The translations under genes were made by a program, and so were the position numbers. This document shows, in pieces, positions 29,148 through 37,986 of a stretch of DNA of 64,000 nt; position 1 is the first letter of the stretch; each line of letters starts with the position of its first letter. This DNA is from Planctomycetota bacterium (GTDB lineage: Bacteria; Planctomycetota; PLA2; JAEUHO01): contig JBFWRP010000011.1 in NCBI GenBank assembly GCA_050248855.1, forward strand, positions 32,001 to 96,000, written 5' to 3'. The notes under the pieces were generated by a model. That model made no database searches. It was not told where the DNA came from and saw nothing but the letters and a program-made list of their open reading frames with translations.

Positions 29148-29702
29148 CTAGCCCTTGGCGCCCGGGCTACCGGCGCCGGGCTTCTTGTGACCCTTCGCAG
29201 GGCGGCTCGAGCTGCCGTCCTTGCGGATGAACTTGGGCCGGTGAGCCGTCTCCGTGGGCAGCAGGGTGATGGTGCCGCCGGAGGCTTCGACCTTCTGCTT
29301 GGCGCCCTCGGACACCGCGTGCACGTTCACCGTGAGCGCGGCCGAAAGCTCCCCGTGGCCAAGGACCTTGATGAACTCGGCGCGCTTGGGCGCGAGGCCC
29401 ACCTTCTTGAGCGCGGCCATGTCCACGCTGGCCCCCGCCTCGAACGCGCGGCCCAGCTGGCCGACGTTGACGGCGTGGAACTCCACCTGGAAGCGGCCGT
29501 TCTTGAAGCCCTTCTTCGGCAGGCGGCGGTAGAGCGGCATCTGGCCGCCCTCGAAGCGAAGGCGGAACCGGGCGCCCGAGCGCTGGCCCGCGCCCTTGTT
29601 GCCGCGACCGGACGTGACACCCCAGCCGGAGCCGGAGCCGCGGCCGACGCGGTGCTTCTTCTGGCGCGGGATCTTGATGCGGCGAACGTCGTCGAGGTTC
29701 AT
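29148..29702 (-). CDS. rplO: 50S ribosomal protein L15
   Basis: RVGRGSGSGWGVTSGRGNKGAGQRSG, FEGGQMPLYRRLPKKGF; basic C-terminal extension. Confidence 0.98.
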   Translation of the reverse strand: MNLDDVRRIKIPRQKKHRVGRGSGSGWGVTSGRGNKGAGQRSGARFRLRFEGGQMPLYRRLPKKGFKNGRFQVEFHAVNVGQLGRAFEAGASVDMAALKKVGLAPKRAEFIKVLGHGELSAALTVNVHAVSEGAKQKVEASGGTITLLPTETAHRPKFIRKDGSSSRPAKGHKKPGAGSPGAKG

Positions 29703-30199
29703 CAGAGCTTCACTCCCCGCCGCTCCTCGATCTCACGGCGCGTGCGCATCGAGAGGAGGCCTTCGAACGTGGCCTTGGCCAGGTTCATCGGGTTCTTGCT
29801 GCCCAACGCCTTGGTGAGGACGTCGTGGACGCCCGCGGCCTCGAGCACGGCGCGGACCGCCGCGCCGGCGATGATGCCGGTCCCCGGAGCCGCCGGGATC
29901 AGCTTGACGTAGCTGCTCCGGTAGCGCGCGGTGATGGCGTGCGGGATCGTCGTGCCACGCAGCGGCACGCGGACGAGGTGCTTGCGCGCGTCGGTCTGGG
30001 CCTTCTCGACGCTCGGCGGAACCTCGCGGGCCTTGCCGAAGCCGAGGCCCACCGTGCCCCGCCCGTCACCCAGCACGACGAGGGCGCTGAAGCCGAAGCG
30101 GCGGCCGCCCTTCATCACCTTGGCGGAGCGGTTGATCTTCACGACGGTGTCGTGCAGGTCGAGGCCCTCGGCGTCTTGGTAGTCGATCTCACGGCGCAT
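29702..30199 (-). CDS. rpsE: 30S ribosomal protein S5
   Basis: INRSAKVMKGGRRFGFSALVVLGDG, GKAREVP, PGTGIIAG. Confidence 0.98.
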   Translation of the reverse strand: MRREIDYQDAEGLDLHDTVVKINRSAKVMKGGRRFGFSALVVLGDGRGTVGLGFGKAREVPPSVEKAQTDARKHLVRVPLRGTTIPHAITARYRSSYVKLIPAAPGTGIIAGAAVRAVLEAAGVHDVLTKALGSKNPMNLAKATFEGLLSMRTRREIEERRGVKL

Positions 30200-30280
30200 G
30201 CCGGCTCTCCTGGGACGCCCGCCGGAGACCTGCTCCGAGCGGACACCTCGAACTTCGTGTCGTGCCTGGACGTGATGTCC

Positions 30281-30637
30281 CTAGAACTGGATCCCCACCT
30301 TGCGAACGGCGTCCGCGAGGGCCTTGACGCGACCGTGGTAGCGGAACGCACCGCGGTCGAACCCGACCGCCGTGATCCCCGCCTCCTTGGCCTTCTCGCC
30401 GAGAGCCGCCCCCACCGAAGTGGCGGCCGCCACGTTGCCACCGCGCTCGATCTTGAGCGCCAGCGACGAGGCGCTGACCAGCGTGCGACCCGAAAGGTCG
30501 TCCACGATCTGCGCGTAGATGTGCTTGCTCGTGCGGTGCACGCTGAGGCGGGGACGCTCGGCATCCCCGCGCACCTTCCGACGGACGCGGAAGGCGCGGT
30601 TCTCGCGCTTGCGCGCCATGCGCTTGAGACGGTCCAT
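30281..30637 (-). CDS. rplR: 50S ribosomal protein L18
   Basis: [38 protein letters not shown]. Confidence 0.98.
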   Translation of the reverse strand: MDRLKRMARKRENRAFRVRRKVRGDAERPRLSVHRTSKHIYAQIVDDLSGRTLVSASSLALKIERGGNVAAATSVGAALGEKAKEAGITAVGFDRGAFRYHGRVKALADAVRKVGIQF

Positions 30638-30640
30638 CGC

Positions 30641-31189
30641 TTACTTCTCCCCGCCGACGAAGGACTTGCCGGCCTTCAGGGTGATCTGCTCGCCGTAGTA
30701 GCGGATGCCCTTGCCCTTGTAGGGCTCGGGCGGGCGCACGCGACGCACGCGGGCGGCAAACTCCCCGACCATCTGCTTGTCGCAGCCGCTGACCATGATC
30801 TGGGTGGCGCTGGGGCACTCGACCTTGAGGCCCGCGGGAATCGGGACGTACACCGGGTGGCTGAAGCCGACCTGCAGCTTGAGGCGCTTGGGGTCGACCG
30901 ACGCCTGGTACGAGACGCCCACCACCTCGAGACGGGCCGAGAAGCCCGTGCTGACGCCCGTCACCATGCCCTGGGCCAGCGCCCGGTAGAGCCCGTGGAG
31001 GGACTTGGAGCGGGCCTCGTCGTCCGGACGCGAGAAGGCCAGCTGGCCGCCGTCCACCTTCGCGGTGATGCCACCGGAAAGCTGGCGGGTGAGCTCGCCC
31101 TTGGGGCCCTTCACGGACACCTTGCGTCCGTCGACCTTGACGTCCACGCCCGAGGGAATCGTGATCGGAATGCTGCCGACGCGGGACAT
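30641..31189 (-). CDS. rplF: 50S ribosomal protein L6
   Basis: MSRVGSIPI, VKGPKGEL, GFSHPV, RPPEPYKGKGIRY. Confidence 0.98.
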   Translation of the reverse strand: MSRVGSIPITIPSGVDVKVDGRKVSVKGPKGELTRQLSGGITAKVDGGQLAFSRPDDEARSKSLHGLYRALAQGMVTGVSTGFSARLEVVGVSYQASVDPKRLKLQVGFSHPVYVPIPAGLKVECPSATQIMVSGCDKQMVGEFAARVRRVRPPEPYKGKGIRYYGEQITLKAGKSFVGGEK

Positions 31190-31214
31190 GACCTGGTTCT
31201 CCTCGTTCCGTCCG

Positions 31215-31616
31215 CTACCAGATCTCGCAGAGGATCTCGCCGCCGACTCCGGCGCCACGAGCCTCGCGATCCGACAGCACGCCACGAGACGTGCTCACGA
31301 CGCTGATGCCCAGGCCGTTCAAGACCCGGGGGATGTCCTGGACGCCGCGATACACGCGCCGACCGGGGCGCGAGACGCGCCCGATCCGGGTGATCACGGA
31401 GGCCCCATCCCGGTCGTACTTGAGCGCCAAGCGCAAGGCCTTGTGGCCTCGGCTGTCCAGCACCTCGGTGACGCCCGAGAGGAAGCCCTCGCGCTCCAGC
31501 ACGTCGGCCACCGAGCGGTTCAGCTTGGACGCGATCACGTCCACGCTCCCGCGGTTGACCACGAGCCCATTGCGGATGCGCGTGAGCATGTCGGCCACGG
31601 TGTCGTTCATCGCCAT
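31215..31616 (-). CDS. rpsH: 30S ribosomal protein S8
   Basis: DTVADMLTRIRN, RVSRPGRRVY, GLGISVVSTSRG, GGEILCEIW. Confidence 0.98.
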   Translation of the reverse strand: MAMNDTVADMLTRIRNGLVVNRGSVDVIASKLNRSVADVLEREGFLSGVTEVLDSRGHKALRLALKYDRDGASVITRIGRVSRPGRRVYRGVQDIPRVLNGLGISVVSTSRGVLSDREARGAGVGGEILCEIW

Positions 31617-31618
31617 GA

Positions 31619-32170
31619 CTAACGGCCCTCCTTCTCGGTACGGAAGGGGAAGTTCATCTCTTCGAGCAGCGCGCGGCTCCAGTCGTCCCGGCCGCCCGAG
31701 ACGGTGAGCGTGATGTTCATGCCCTGCTGCTTCTCCAGGAGCGCGCCCTCGATCTCCGGGAACACCGACTGCTCGGCGATGCCCATCGAGTAGTTGCCCC
31801 GGCCGTCGAGCTTGGACTTGAGACCACGGAAGTCGCGCAGACGAGGCGTGACCACGTTGATCAGCCGGTCCAGGAACTCGTACATGCGCTCGCCACGCAG
31901 CGTGACGCGCGCGCCGACGGACATGCCCTGGCGCAGGCGGAACTGGGCGATCGAAACGCGAGCCTTGGTGATGACGGCCTTCTGGCCGGTCACCTTCTCG
32001 AGAATGCCCGTGGCGTTCTCCAGGAGCTTCTTGTCGTCCTTGGCAGCGCCCACGCCGCACGAGAGGGTGATCTTGCGCAGCTGCGGGCACTGGTGGACGT
32101 TGTCGATGCCCAGACGCTCCATGAGGCGCGGCCGGATCTCGTTCTTGTACTGATCGCGAAGGCGGGCCAT
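31619..32170 (-). CDS. rplE: 50S ribosomal protein L5
   Basis: TGQKAVITKARVSIAQFRLRQG, VTLRGERMYEFLDRL, RLRDFRGL, DGRGNYSMG. Confidence 0.98.
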   Translation of the reverse strand: MARLRDQYKNEIRPRLMERLGIDNVHQCPQLRKITLSCGVGAAKDDKKLLENATGILEKVTGQKAVITKARVSIAQFRLRQGMSVGARVTLRGERMYEFLDRLINVVTPRLRDFRGLKSKLDGRGNYSMGIAEQSVFPEIEGALLEKQQGMNITLTVSGGRDDWSRALLEEMNFPFRTEKEGR

Positions 32171-32175
32171 GGCCG

Positions 32176-32508
32176 CTACTCCTTCTTGCCCGCGCCACCG
32201 AGGGTGGCGCCCGACCGACGACCGACACGGATACGACGACCTTCCACGACGCGGACGGCCACGCGCGTGCCGCCCTGGGTCTCCGGGTCGACGGGCATGA
32301 CGTTGCTCAGGTGGACCGGCGCCTCCTTGCGGATGCGGCCGCCGTTGGGGTGCTTCGGCGACTTGCGCAGGTGCTTGAAGACGAAGTTGACGCCCTCGAC
32401 CACGACCCGCTGCTTCTCGGGGAGCATGCGCAGGACGCGACCGCGCTTGCCGCGATCCTCGCCCGACGTCACGACCACCAGGTCGCCCTTGCGAATGCGC
32501 TGGGGCAT
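32176..32508 (-). CDS. rplX: 50S ribosomal protein L24
   Basis: IRKGDLVVVTSGEDRGKRG, VVEGVN, EAPVHLSNV. Confidence 0.98.
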   Translation of the reverse strand: MPQRIRKGDLVVVTSGEDRGKRGRVLRMLPEKQRVVVEGVNFVFKHLRKSPKHPNGGRIRKEAPVHLSNVMPVDPETQGGTRVAVRVVEGRRIRVGRRSGATLGGAGKKE

Positions 32509-32876
32509 CAGACCACCTCCGAGGCAAGGTTCACGATCTTCGTGAAGCCCTTCTTGCGGAGCTCACGGGCCACGGCGCCGAAGACGCGGGTGCCCTTGGG
32601 GCTCTTGTCGTCGTTGATGAGGACGATGGCGTTGCTGTCGAAGCGGACGTAGGTGCCGTCCGAGCGACGATGGGCGTTGCGCGTGCGGACGACGACGCCA
32701 CGCACCACGCTGCCGGGCTTGACCGGGCTGCTCGGGATCGCCTTCTTCACGGAGGCCACCACGATGTCCCCGATCTCGGCCGTGGACTTGTTGCCACGGC
32801 CCAGGACCTTGATGGCGTGGCAGCGCTTGGCGCCGCTGTTGTCCGCCACGTCGAGCCAGGTACGAAGCTGGATCAT
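32508..32876 (-). CDS. rplN: 50S ribosomal protein L14
   Basis: [40 protein letters not shown]. Confidence 0.98.
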   Translation of the reverse strand: MIQLRTWLDVADNSGAKRCHAIKVLGRGNKSTAEIGDIVVASVKKAIPSSPVKPGSVVRGVVVRTRNAHRRSDGTYVRFDSNAIVLINDDKSPKGTRVFGAVARELRKKGFTKIVNLASEVV

Positions 32877-33181
32877 GCCGACTCCATTCCGGCGTCCGGC
32901 GAAGCCGTGAGGCGGGCGGTGCGCAGCACGCGCACCAGGCGCCAGCACTTGGTCTTGCTGAGCGGGCGCGACATGGCGATCTCGACGTGGTCGCCGACGC
33001 GGGCCGTGTTCTGCTCGTCGTGGGCCTTGTACGTGGTCTTGCGACGCACGAACTTGCCGTAGAGCGGGTGCTGGACGAGGCGGTCCTCGCGGACCGTGAT
33101 CGTCTTGTCCATCCGGTCGCTGACGACCACGCCCTGGATGACGCGGCGCGCGCCGCGGCTTGCGGTGTTGCCCTGGCTCAT
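32873..33181 (-). CDS. rpsQ: 30S ribosomal protein S17
   Basis: [31 protein letters not shown]. Confidence 0.98.
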   Translation of the reverse strand: MSQGNTASRGARRVIQGVVVSDRMDKTITVREDRLVQHPLYGKFVRRKTTYKAHDEQNTARVGDHVEIAMSRPLSKTKCWRLVRVLRTARLTASPDAGMESA

Positions 33182-33447
33182 CGCGACCCACCCTTCTTGC
33201 TACCGGACTCCGAAGCGCCCGCGGCCGCACGCACCTGGGCGACCAGAGCGCTGTTCACGCCGAGCTCCTGCTCGCGAAGGATGGTGCGGATGCGGGCAAT
33301 CGTGCGGCGGTTGCGACGCACGAGGCCGCGATCGACCTTCTCCTCGCTCTGACCGCGGAAGCGGTTCTCGAAGATCTCTTCGCGCAGGCGGACGATCTCG
33401 CGCTGGAGATCGGCGGCCTCGCGGCGACGGATGTCACGCGCCCTCAC
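33178..33447 (-). CDS. rpmC: 50S ribosomal protein L29
   Basis: GTG start overlapping the rplP stop, with a GGAGG RBS; RARDIR...[10 protein letters not shown]...[13 protein letters not shown]. Confidence 0.92.
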   Translation of the reverse strand: MRARDIRRREAADLQREIVRLREEIFENRFRGQSEEKVDRGLVRRNRRTIARIRTILREQELGVNSALVAQVRAAAGASESGSKKGGSR

Positions 33448-33860
33448 GACTGGGTCCTCCGGCTCACGAAGCGGCAGCGGACCGGCAGCTTGTGGGCCAC
33501 CTTGTTCAGCGCACGCTTGGCCACGGCCTCGGACACGCCGCCGCCGATCTCGAACAACATGGTTCCGGGACGCACCACGGCGGCCCAGTAGTCCGGCTCG
33601 CCCTTGCCCGTGCCCATCCGCGTCTCCTCGGGCGTCGAGGTCACGGACTTCTGCGGGAAGACGCGGATGTAGACGCGGCCATCGGACGCCGCGCGGACGG
33701 CCGCGACGCGGCCGGCCTCGATGACGTTGGCCGGGATCCAGCCGGCCTGCAGGCACTGCAAGCCGTAGTCGCCGAAGGCGACGGTGGCTCCGCGCGACGC
33801 CGCGCCGGCGATCTTGCCGCGCTGCATCTTGCGCCACTTGACGCGCTTGGGCATCAACAT
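33444..33860 (-). CDS. rplP: 50S ribosomal protein L16
   Basis: MLMPKRVKWRKMQRG, IEAGRVA, ETRMGTGKG, HKLP. Confidence 0.98.
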   Translation of the reverse strand: MLMPKRVKWRKMQRGKIAGAASRGATVAFGDYGLQCLQAGWIPANVIEAGRVAAVRAASDGRVYIRVFPQKSVTSTPEETRMGTGKGEPDYWAAVVRPGTMLFEIGGGVSEAVAKRALNKVAHKLPVRCRFVSRRTQS

Positions 33861-33861
33861 G

Positions 33862-34521
33862 TCACATCACCTCGTTGCGACGGGTCGGGTCGGCCTTGGC
33901 CAACGTGCCCTTGTAGATCCAGCACTTGACGCCGATGACGCCGTAGGGGGTACGGGCTTCGGCGGTGCCGTAGTCGATGTCGGCCTTGAGCGTGCTCAGC
34001 GGAATCGAGCCGCTGGACTGCTTCTCGACGCGGGCGATCTCCGCGCCGCCCAGGCGGCCGGCGATGATCAGCTTCACACCGAGCGCGCCGCGCTCCACCG
34101 TGTTCTGGATGGCGCGCTTGAGCGTGCGGCGGTAGGCCGCGCGCTTCATCAGCTGGTCGGCCACGTTCTGGGCCACCAGGGTGGCGTCCAGCTCGGGGCG
34201 GGAGACCTCGATGATGTCCAGGCCGACGCGGCGGCCCGTGAGACCCTCGATCTCCTTCTTGAGCTCCTCGGCCTGGGCGCCCTTGCGACCGATCAGGACG
34301 CCGGGCTTGGCCGTGTGGACGATCACGCGCAGGGCGTCGGCCTTGCGCTCGATCTCCACGCGGGGGATGCCGGCGCCGTAGAAGCGGCGCTTGATGAAGT
34401 CACGGATCTGGCGGTCCTCCTTGAGGAGGCGCGCGAAATCCTTCTTCGGGGCGTACCAGCGGGACCGGTAGTCCAGGTACACGCCGGTGCGGAAGCCGAT
34501 GGGGTGCGTCTTCTGTCCCAC
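33862..34521 (-). CDS. rpsC: 30S ribosomal protein S3
   Basis: GQKTHPIGFR, KPGVLIGRKG, GRLGGAEIAR, YGVIGVKCWIYKG. Confidence 0.98.
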   Translation of the reverse strand: MGQKTHPIGFRTGVYLDYRSRWYAPKKDFARLLKEDRQIRDFIKRRFYGAGIPRVEIERKADALRVIVHTAKPGVLIGRKGAQAEELKKEIEGLTGRRVGLDIIEVSRPELDATLVAQNVADQLMKRAAYRRTLKRAIQNTVERGALGVKLIIAGRLGGAEIARVEKQSSGSIPLSTLKADIDYGTAEARTPYGVIGVKCWIYKGTLAKADPTRRNEVM

Positions 34522-34529
34522 GTATCCTC

Positions 34530-34910
34530 CTAGGCGAGCCGGGTGGCCGGATCGGCCAGGGTGATGGAGATGTGGCTGGTGCGCTTGAGGATCGGGTAGG
34601 CCCGGCCCATGGCGCGCGGCCGCCAGCGGCGACGGCCGTTGAGCAGGCCGGCGCCGTCGATGCGGGCGTCCACCACGACGAGGGCGTTCAAGTCCACGTC
34701 GAGGTCGTTGGAGGCGTTGGCCATCGCGGAGCGGATGACCTTGGTGATCAGGGGCGCCGCACGACGGGGCTCGAACGCCAGGGCGTCCAGCGCCGCGGCG
34801 ACGGGCTTGCCGCGCACCAAGTCGATCACGGGGCGAGCCTTGTAGGGGCTGATCCGCGCGTCGCGGTGCGAGGCCCGGTAGGCCTTGCTGTACTGGTCTG
34901 CGGGGTGCAC
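34530..34910 (-). CDS. rplV: 50S ribosomal protein L22
   Basis: ARISPYKARPVIDLVRGK, SAMANA, PRAMGRAYPILKRTSHI. Confidence 0.96.
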   Translation of the reverse strand: MHPADQYSKAYRASHRDARISPYKARPVIDLVRGKPVAAALDALAFEPRRAAPLITKVIRSAMANASNDLDVDLNALVVVDARIDGAGLLNGRRRWRPRAMGRAYPILKRTSHISITLADPATRLA

Positions 34911-34920
34911 CTTCGCCTCC

Positions 34921-35190
34921 CTACTTGGGCTTCACGCCCGAGTGGCCACGGAACAGGCGCGTGGGCGCGAACTCGCCCAGCTTGTGCCCGACCATGTCCT
35001 CGGTGACGTAGACCTTCACGAAGGTCTTGCCGTTGTGGACCATGAACGTGTGGCCGACGAACTCGGGAACGATGTCCGAGCGTCGGGCCCACGTCTTGAG
35101 GGACTCCTTGCGACCGGCGTCCTCGAGACGCAGGACGCGCTCGAGCAGACGCTCGTCGACGTACGGGCCCTTCTTCAGGCTGCGGCTCAT
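34921..35190 (-). CDS. rpsS: 30S ribosomal protein S19
   Basis: [30 protein letters not shown]. Confidence 0.99.
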   Translation of the reverse strand: MSRSLKKGPYVDERLLERVLRLEDAGRKESLKTWARRSDIVPEFVGHTFMVHNGKTFVKVYVTEDMVGHKLGEFAPTRLFRGHSGVKPK

Positions 35191-35205
35191 CGCTCGCGTC
35201 CTCCC

Positions 35206-36054
35206 TTACTTCCCGACCTGCTTGCCGCGCTTGCGGCCGCGGACGATCATGCGGTTGCTCTGCTTGCGCGGCTTGCGGGTGTTGCCGCCCTTGGCGAGCT
35301 TGCCCCACGGCGACACCGGGTGGCGACCACCGGCCCGGCGACCCTCGCCGCCGCCCATCGGGTGCGACACCGGGTTCATGGCCGAGCCACGCACCTTCGG
35401 TCGCTTGCCGAGGTAGCGGTTGCGGCCGGCCTTCCCGATCTTCATCAGGCTGTAGTCGATGTTGCCCACCTGGCCCACCGTGGCGCGGCAGCCGATGTGC
35501 ACCTTGCGCATCTCGCCGCTGGGCAGCGTGAGCAGCGCGTACGAACCTTCACGGGCGCTCAGCACGGCCTGCGTGCCCGCGCTGCGGCAGAGCTGCGCGC
35601 CGCGACCCGGCACCAGCTCGATGGCGTGGACCATCAGGCCGACGGGGATGTTGCGCAGCGGCATGTTGTTGCCGGGCTTGGGCTCTGCCGAGGGCCCGTT
35701 GTGGACCGTGGCGCCGACCTCGACGCCGTGGACCGCCAGCACGTAGCGCTTCTCGCCGTCGGCGTAGTGCAGGAGGTGCAGGCGGGCGTTGCGGTTGGGG
35801 TCGTACTCGAGCGCCGCGACACGGGCCGGGACGCCGTCCTTGTCGAAGCGGCGGAAGTCGACGAACCGGTAGAGGCGCTTGTGGCCTCCCCCGCGGCGAC
35901 GCACCGTCATGCGGCCGGCGTTGTTGCGGCCGCCGGACTTGCGCGCTCCCGTCACGAGACGCTTCTCGGGCGCCTTGCGCGTGAGGTCGCTGGTGTCCAC
36001 GTACGAGAGGCCGCGCTGGCCGTTCGTGATGGGCTTGACCCTACGGATGGGCAT
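35206..36054 (-). CDS. rplB: 50S ribosomal protein L2
   Basis: [46 protein letters not shown]. Confidence 0.99.
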   Translation of the reverse strand: MPIRRVKPITNGQRGLSYVDTSDLTRKAPEKRLVTGARKSGGRNNAGRMTVRRRGGGHKRLYRFVDFRRFDKDGVPARVAALEYDPNRNARLHLLHYADGEKRYVLAVHGVEVGATVHNGPSAEPKPGNNMPLRNIPVGLMVHAIELVPGRGAQLCRSAGTQAVLSAREGSYALLTLPSGEMRKVHIGCRATVGQVGNIDYSLMKIGKAGRNRYLGKRPKVRGSAMNPVSHPMGGGEGRRAGGRHPVSPWGKLAKGGNTRKPRKQSNRMIVRGRKRGKQVGK

Positions 36055-36107
36055 GACGTGCTCCTCGCCGCCGCCGGGAGCACGTGGCTCCACGGCGACG
36101 TGCGCGA

Positions 36108-36458
36108 TCAGTAGAACTCGATGCTGTCGCCGGCCTTGACCTTGACGACGGCACGCTTCCAGGGACTGGTCCGGCCGAAGCTGCGCCCCATGCGCCGGAA
36201 CTTGCCCAGCTGGCGGGACGTACGGACGCCGGTCACCGAGACACGGAACAGGCGCTGGATCGCGTCGCGGATCTGCACCTTGTTCGCGTTCTCCGCGACC
36301 TTGAACGTGTAGGCGTTCTCCTTCTCGGCGAGACGGAGCGTCTTCTCCGTGACGACGGGACGGAGGACGATGTCCTGCGGCACGCGGCCGGAGACGAGCG
36401 GGGCGGCCTCGGCCGCGCCGGCGTCCTTCTTGGCCTTCTTGGCGGTCGCGTCGCTCAC
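36108..36458 (-). CDS. rplW: 50S ribosomal protein L23
   Basis: RPVVTEK, YTFKV...[20 protein letters not shown]. Confidence 0.97.
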   Translation of the reverse strand: MSDATAKKAKKDAGAAEAAPLVSGRVPQDIVLRPVVTEKTLRLAEKENAYTFKVAENANKVQIRDAIQRLFRVSVTGVRTSRQLGKFRRMGRSFGRTSPWKRAVVKVKAGDSIEFY

Positions 36459-37102
36459 GCGTCACCTCCCTCGGCACCACCGAGGCCCAAGCGCGTGCGG
36501 AGCGCGTCGAGCGCGCCGTCAAGCAGCACCAAGGAGCGGTGGTAGGCCACGTCGTAGGCACTGATCTCGGCGGCCGGCAGCGCGCGGACGCGCGGCAGGT
36601 TGCGCACGGAGAGCAGCAGGTTCTGGTCGACGACGCCCGGGGCGACGACGAGGGCGCTGCCCTCGGCGCCCAGCGCCTTGAGGGCCTGGTAGGCGCCCTT
36701 CGTGCTGGGGGCGGTGAAGGAGGCACCGCTCCAGCCCACCACGCTCCCCGAGGCCATCTTGCCGGCCAGCGCGACCTGCAAGGCGCGACGCTTGGCCTTG
36801 CGGGGCATCGACCAGCCGAAGTCGCGCGGGTGCGGGCCATGGGCCACGCCGCCGCCGCGGAAGGAGGGCGCCTTGCGGTCGCCGTGACGCGCACCGCCCG
36901 AACCCTTCTGGCGCAGGAACTTCTTGCTGGTGCCGTTGACGAAGCGGCGGGTCAGGGTGTTGACGGTGCCCTGACGACGGTTGGCCTCGTACATCTGCAC
37001 GGCTTCGCGCAGGACGGCCGGCCGGAGGCGCTCACCGAAGACGGCGGTGTCCACCGCGGTCTCCCGGACGGCCCCGTTCGAGAAGGTCTTGATCGACGAC
37101 AT
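36455..37102 (-). CDS. rplD: 50S ribosomal protein L4
   Basis: [40 protein letters not shown]. Confidence 0.97.
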   Translation of the reverse strand: MSSIKTFSNGAVRETAVDTAVFGERLRPAVLREAVQMYEANRRQGTVNTLTRRFVNGTSKKFLRQKGSGGARHGDRKAPSFRGGGVAHGPHPRDFGWSMPRKAKRRALQVALAGKMASGSVVGWSGASFTAPSTKGAYQALKALGAEGSALVVAPGVVDQNLLLSVRNLPRVRALPAAEISAYDVAYHRSLVLLDGALDALRTRLGLGGAEGGDA

Positions 37103-37158
37103 GACGCGTGTCGCTCCTCTGCCGCTTCACGCGGCGCGCGGCGTCCCGCGGGACGGGG

Positions 37159-37470
37159 TCACACCTTGATGCGGATGTCCACGCCGGCCGGCAGGTTGAG
37201 CTTGCTGATGCTGTCCACCGTCTTCGGGCTGTAGTCCGAGATGAAGAGGATCCGCTTGTGCGTGCGGATCTCGAACTGCTCACGGGACTTCTTGTCGATG
37301 TGCGGCGAACGCAACACCGTGTAGCGCTCTACGCGCGTGGGGAGCGGGACGGGACCCTGCACGCGCGCACCTGTGCGCTTGGCAGTGTCCACGAGCTCGA
37401 GGGCGCTCTTGTCGAGCGCCTCGTGGTCGTAGGACTCCATGCGGATCTTGATCTTGCTGGGGGTGCTCAT
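37159..37470 (-). CDS. rpsJ: 30S ribosomal protein S10
   Basis: [40 protein letters not shown]. Confidence 0.99.
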   Translation of the reverse strand: MSTPSKIKIRMESYDHEALDKSALELVDTAKRTGARVQGPVPLPTRVERYTVLRSPHIDKKSREQFEIRTHKRILFISDYSPKTVDSISKLNLPAGVDIRIKV

Positions 37471-37986
37471 CGGCGTGGTCCGTCGTCCGGTCGTCGTGGG
37501 AAGCGGTCGCGAGCCTGGTCGCGCGCGTCGGCGCGCGAAGTGCGGGCGTCCTCTTCGTCCACGTCGGGTTCGCGCGTCGGCGGCACGTCGCACACGACGA
37601 CGGGCCCACGACGCGCGGTCATTCCCCGCCCCGGCCTGCACGCGCTCCCGGAAGAACGCGCACCGACCGCCGGCGCGGACCGGTCCGCGAGGACCAGCCC
37701 GTCCGGCATCCCGAAGGTCTGCCCCCGACCGAACCACCTCTGACCGAGGCGACAGGTCGTTCCGGGGCACGCGACGGGATCGCGGCGGGGAAGCGGGCGA
37801 AGGTACGCCGACGGGGCTCGAGCGACGAGGGGATTGCGACCCCTTCCCGCTCGACACCGCAGATTCCTCGCCCCCCACCGGGCCGCAGGCCCTGAGCGGA
37901 GTCGTGGGCCGCAGGGCCCAAGCGGAGCCGGGAGCCTGCGGCTGCCAGCGCAGTCCAACGGGCCAGCCTCCCCCCCGCTGCCCGAC

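Noticed and set aside
37471..37986. Hidden or pseudogenised rplC in the fusA-rpsJ gap
   Set aside because: The gap is 516 bp, shorter than L3, and none of the listed frames shows L3 motifs (e.g. GKGFQG, HRxPGS).
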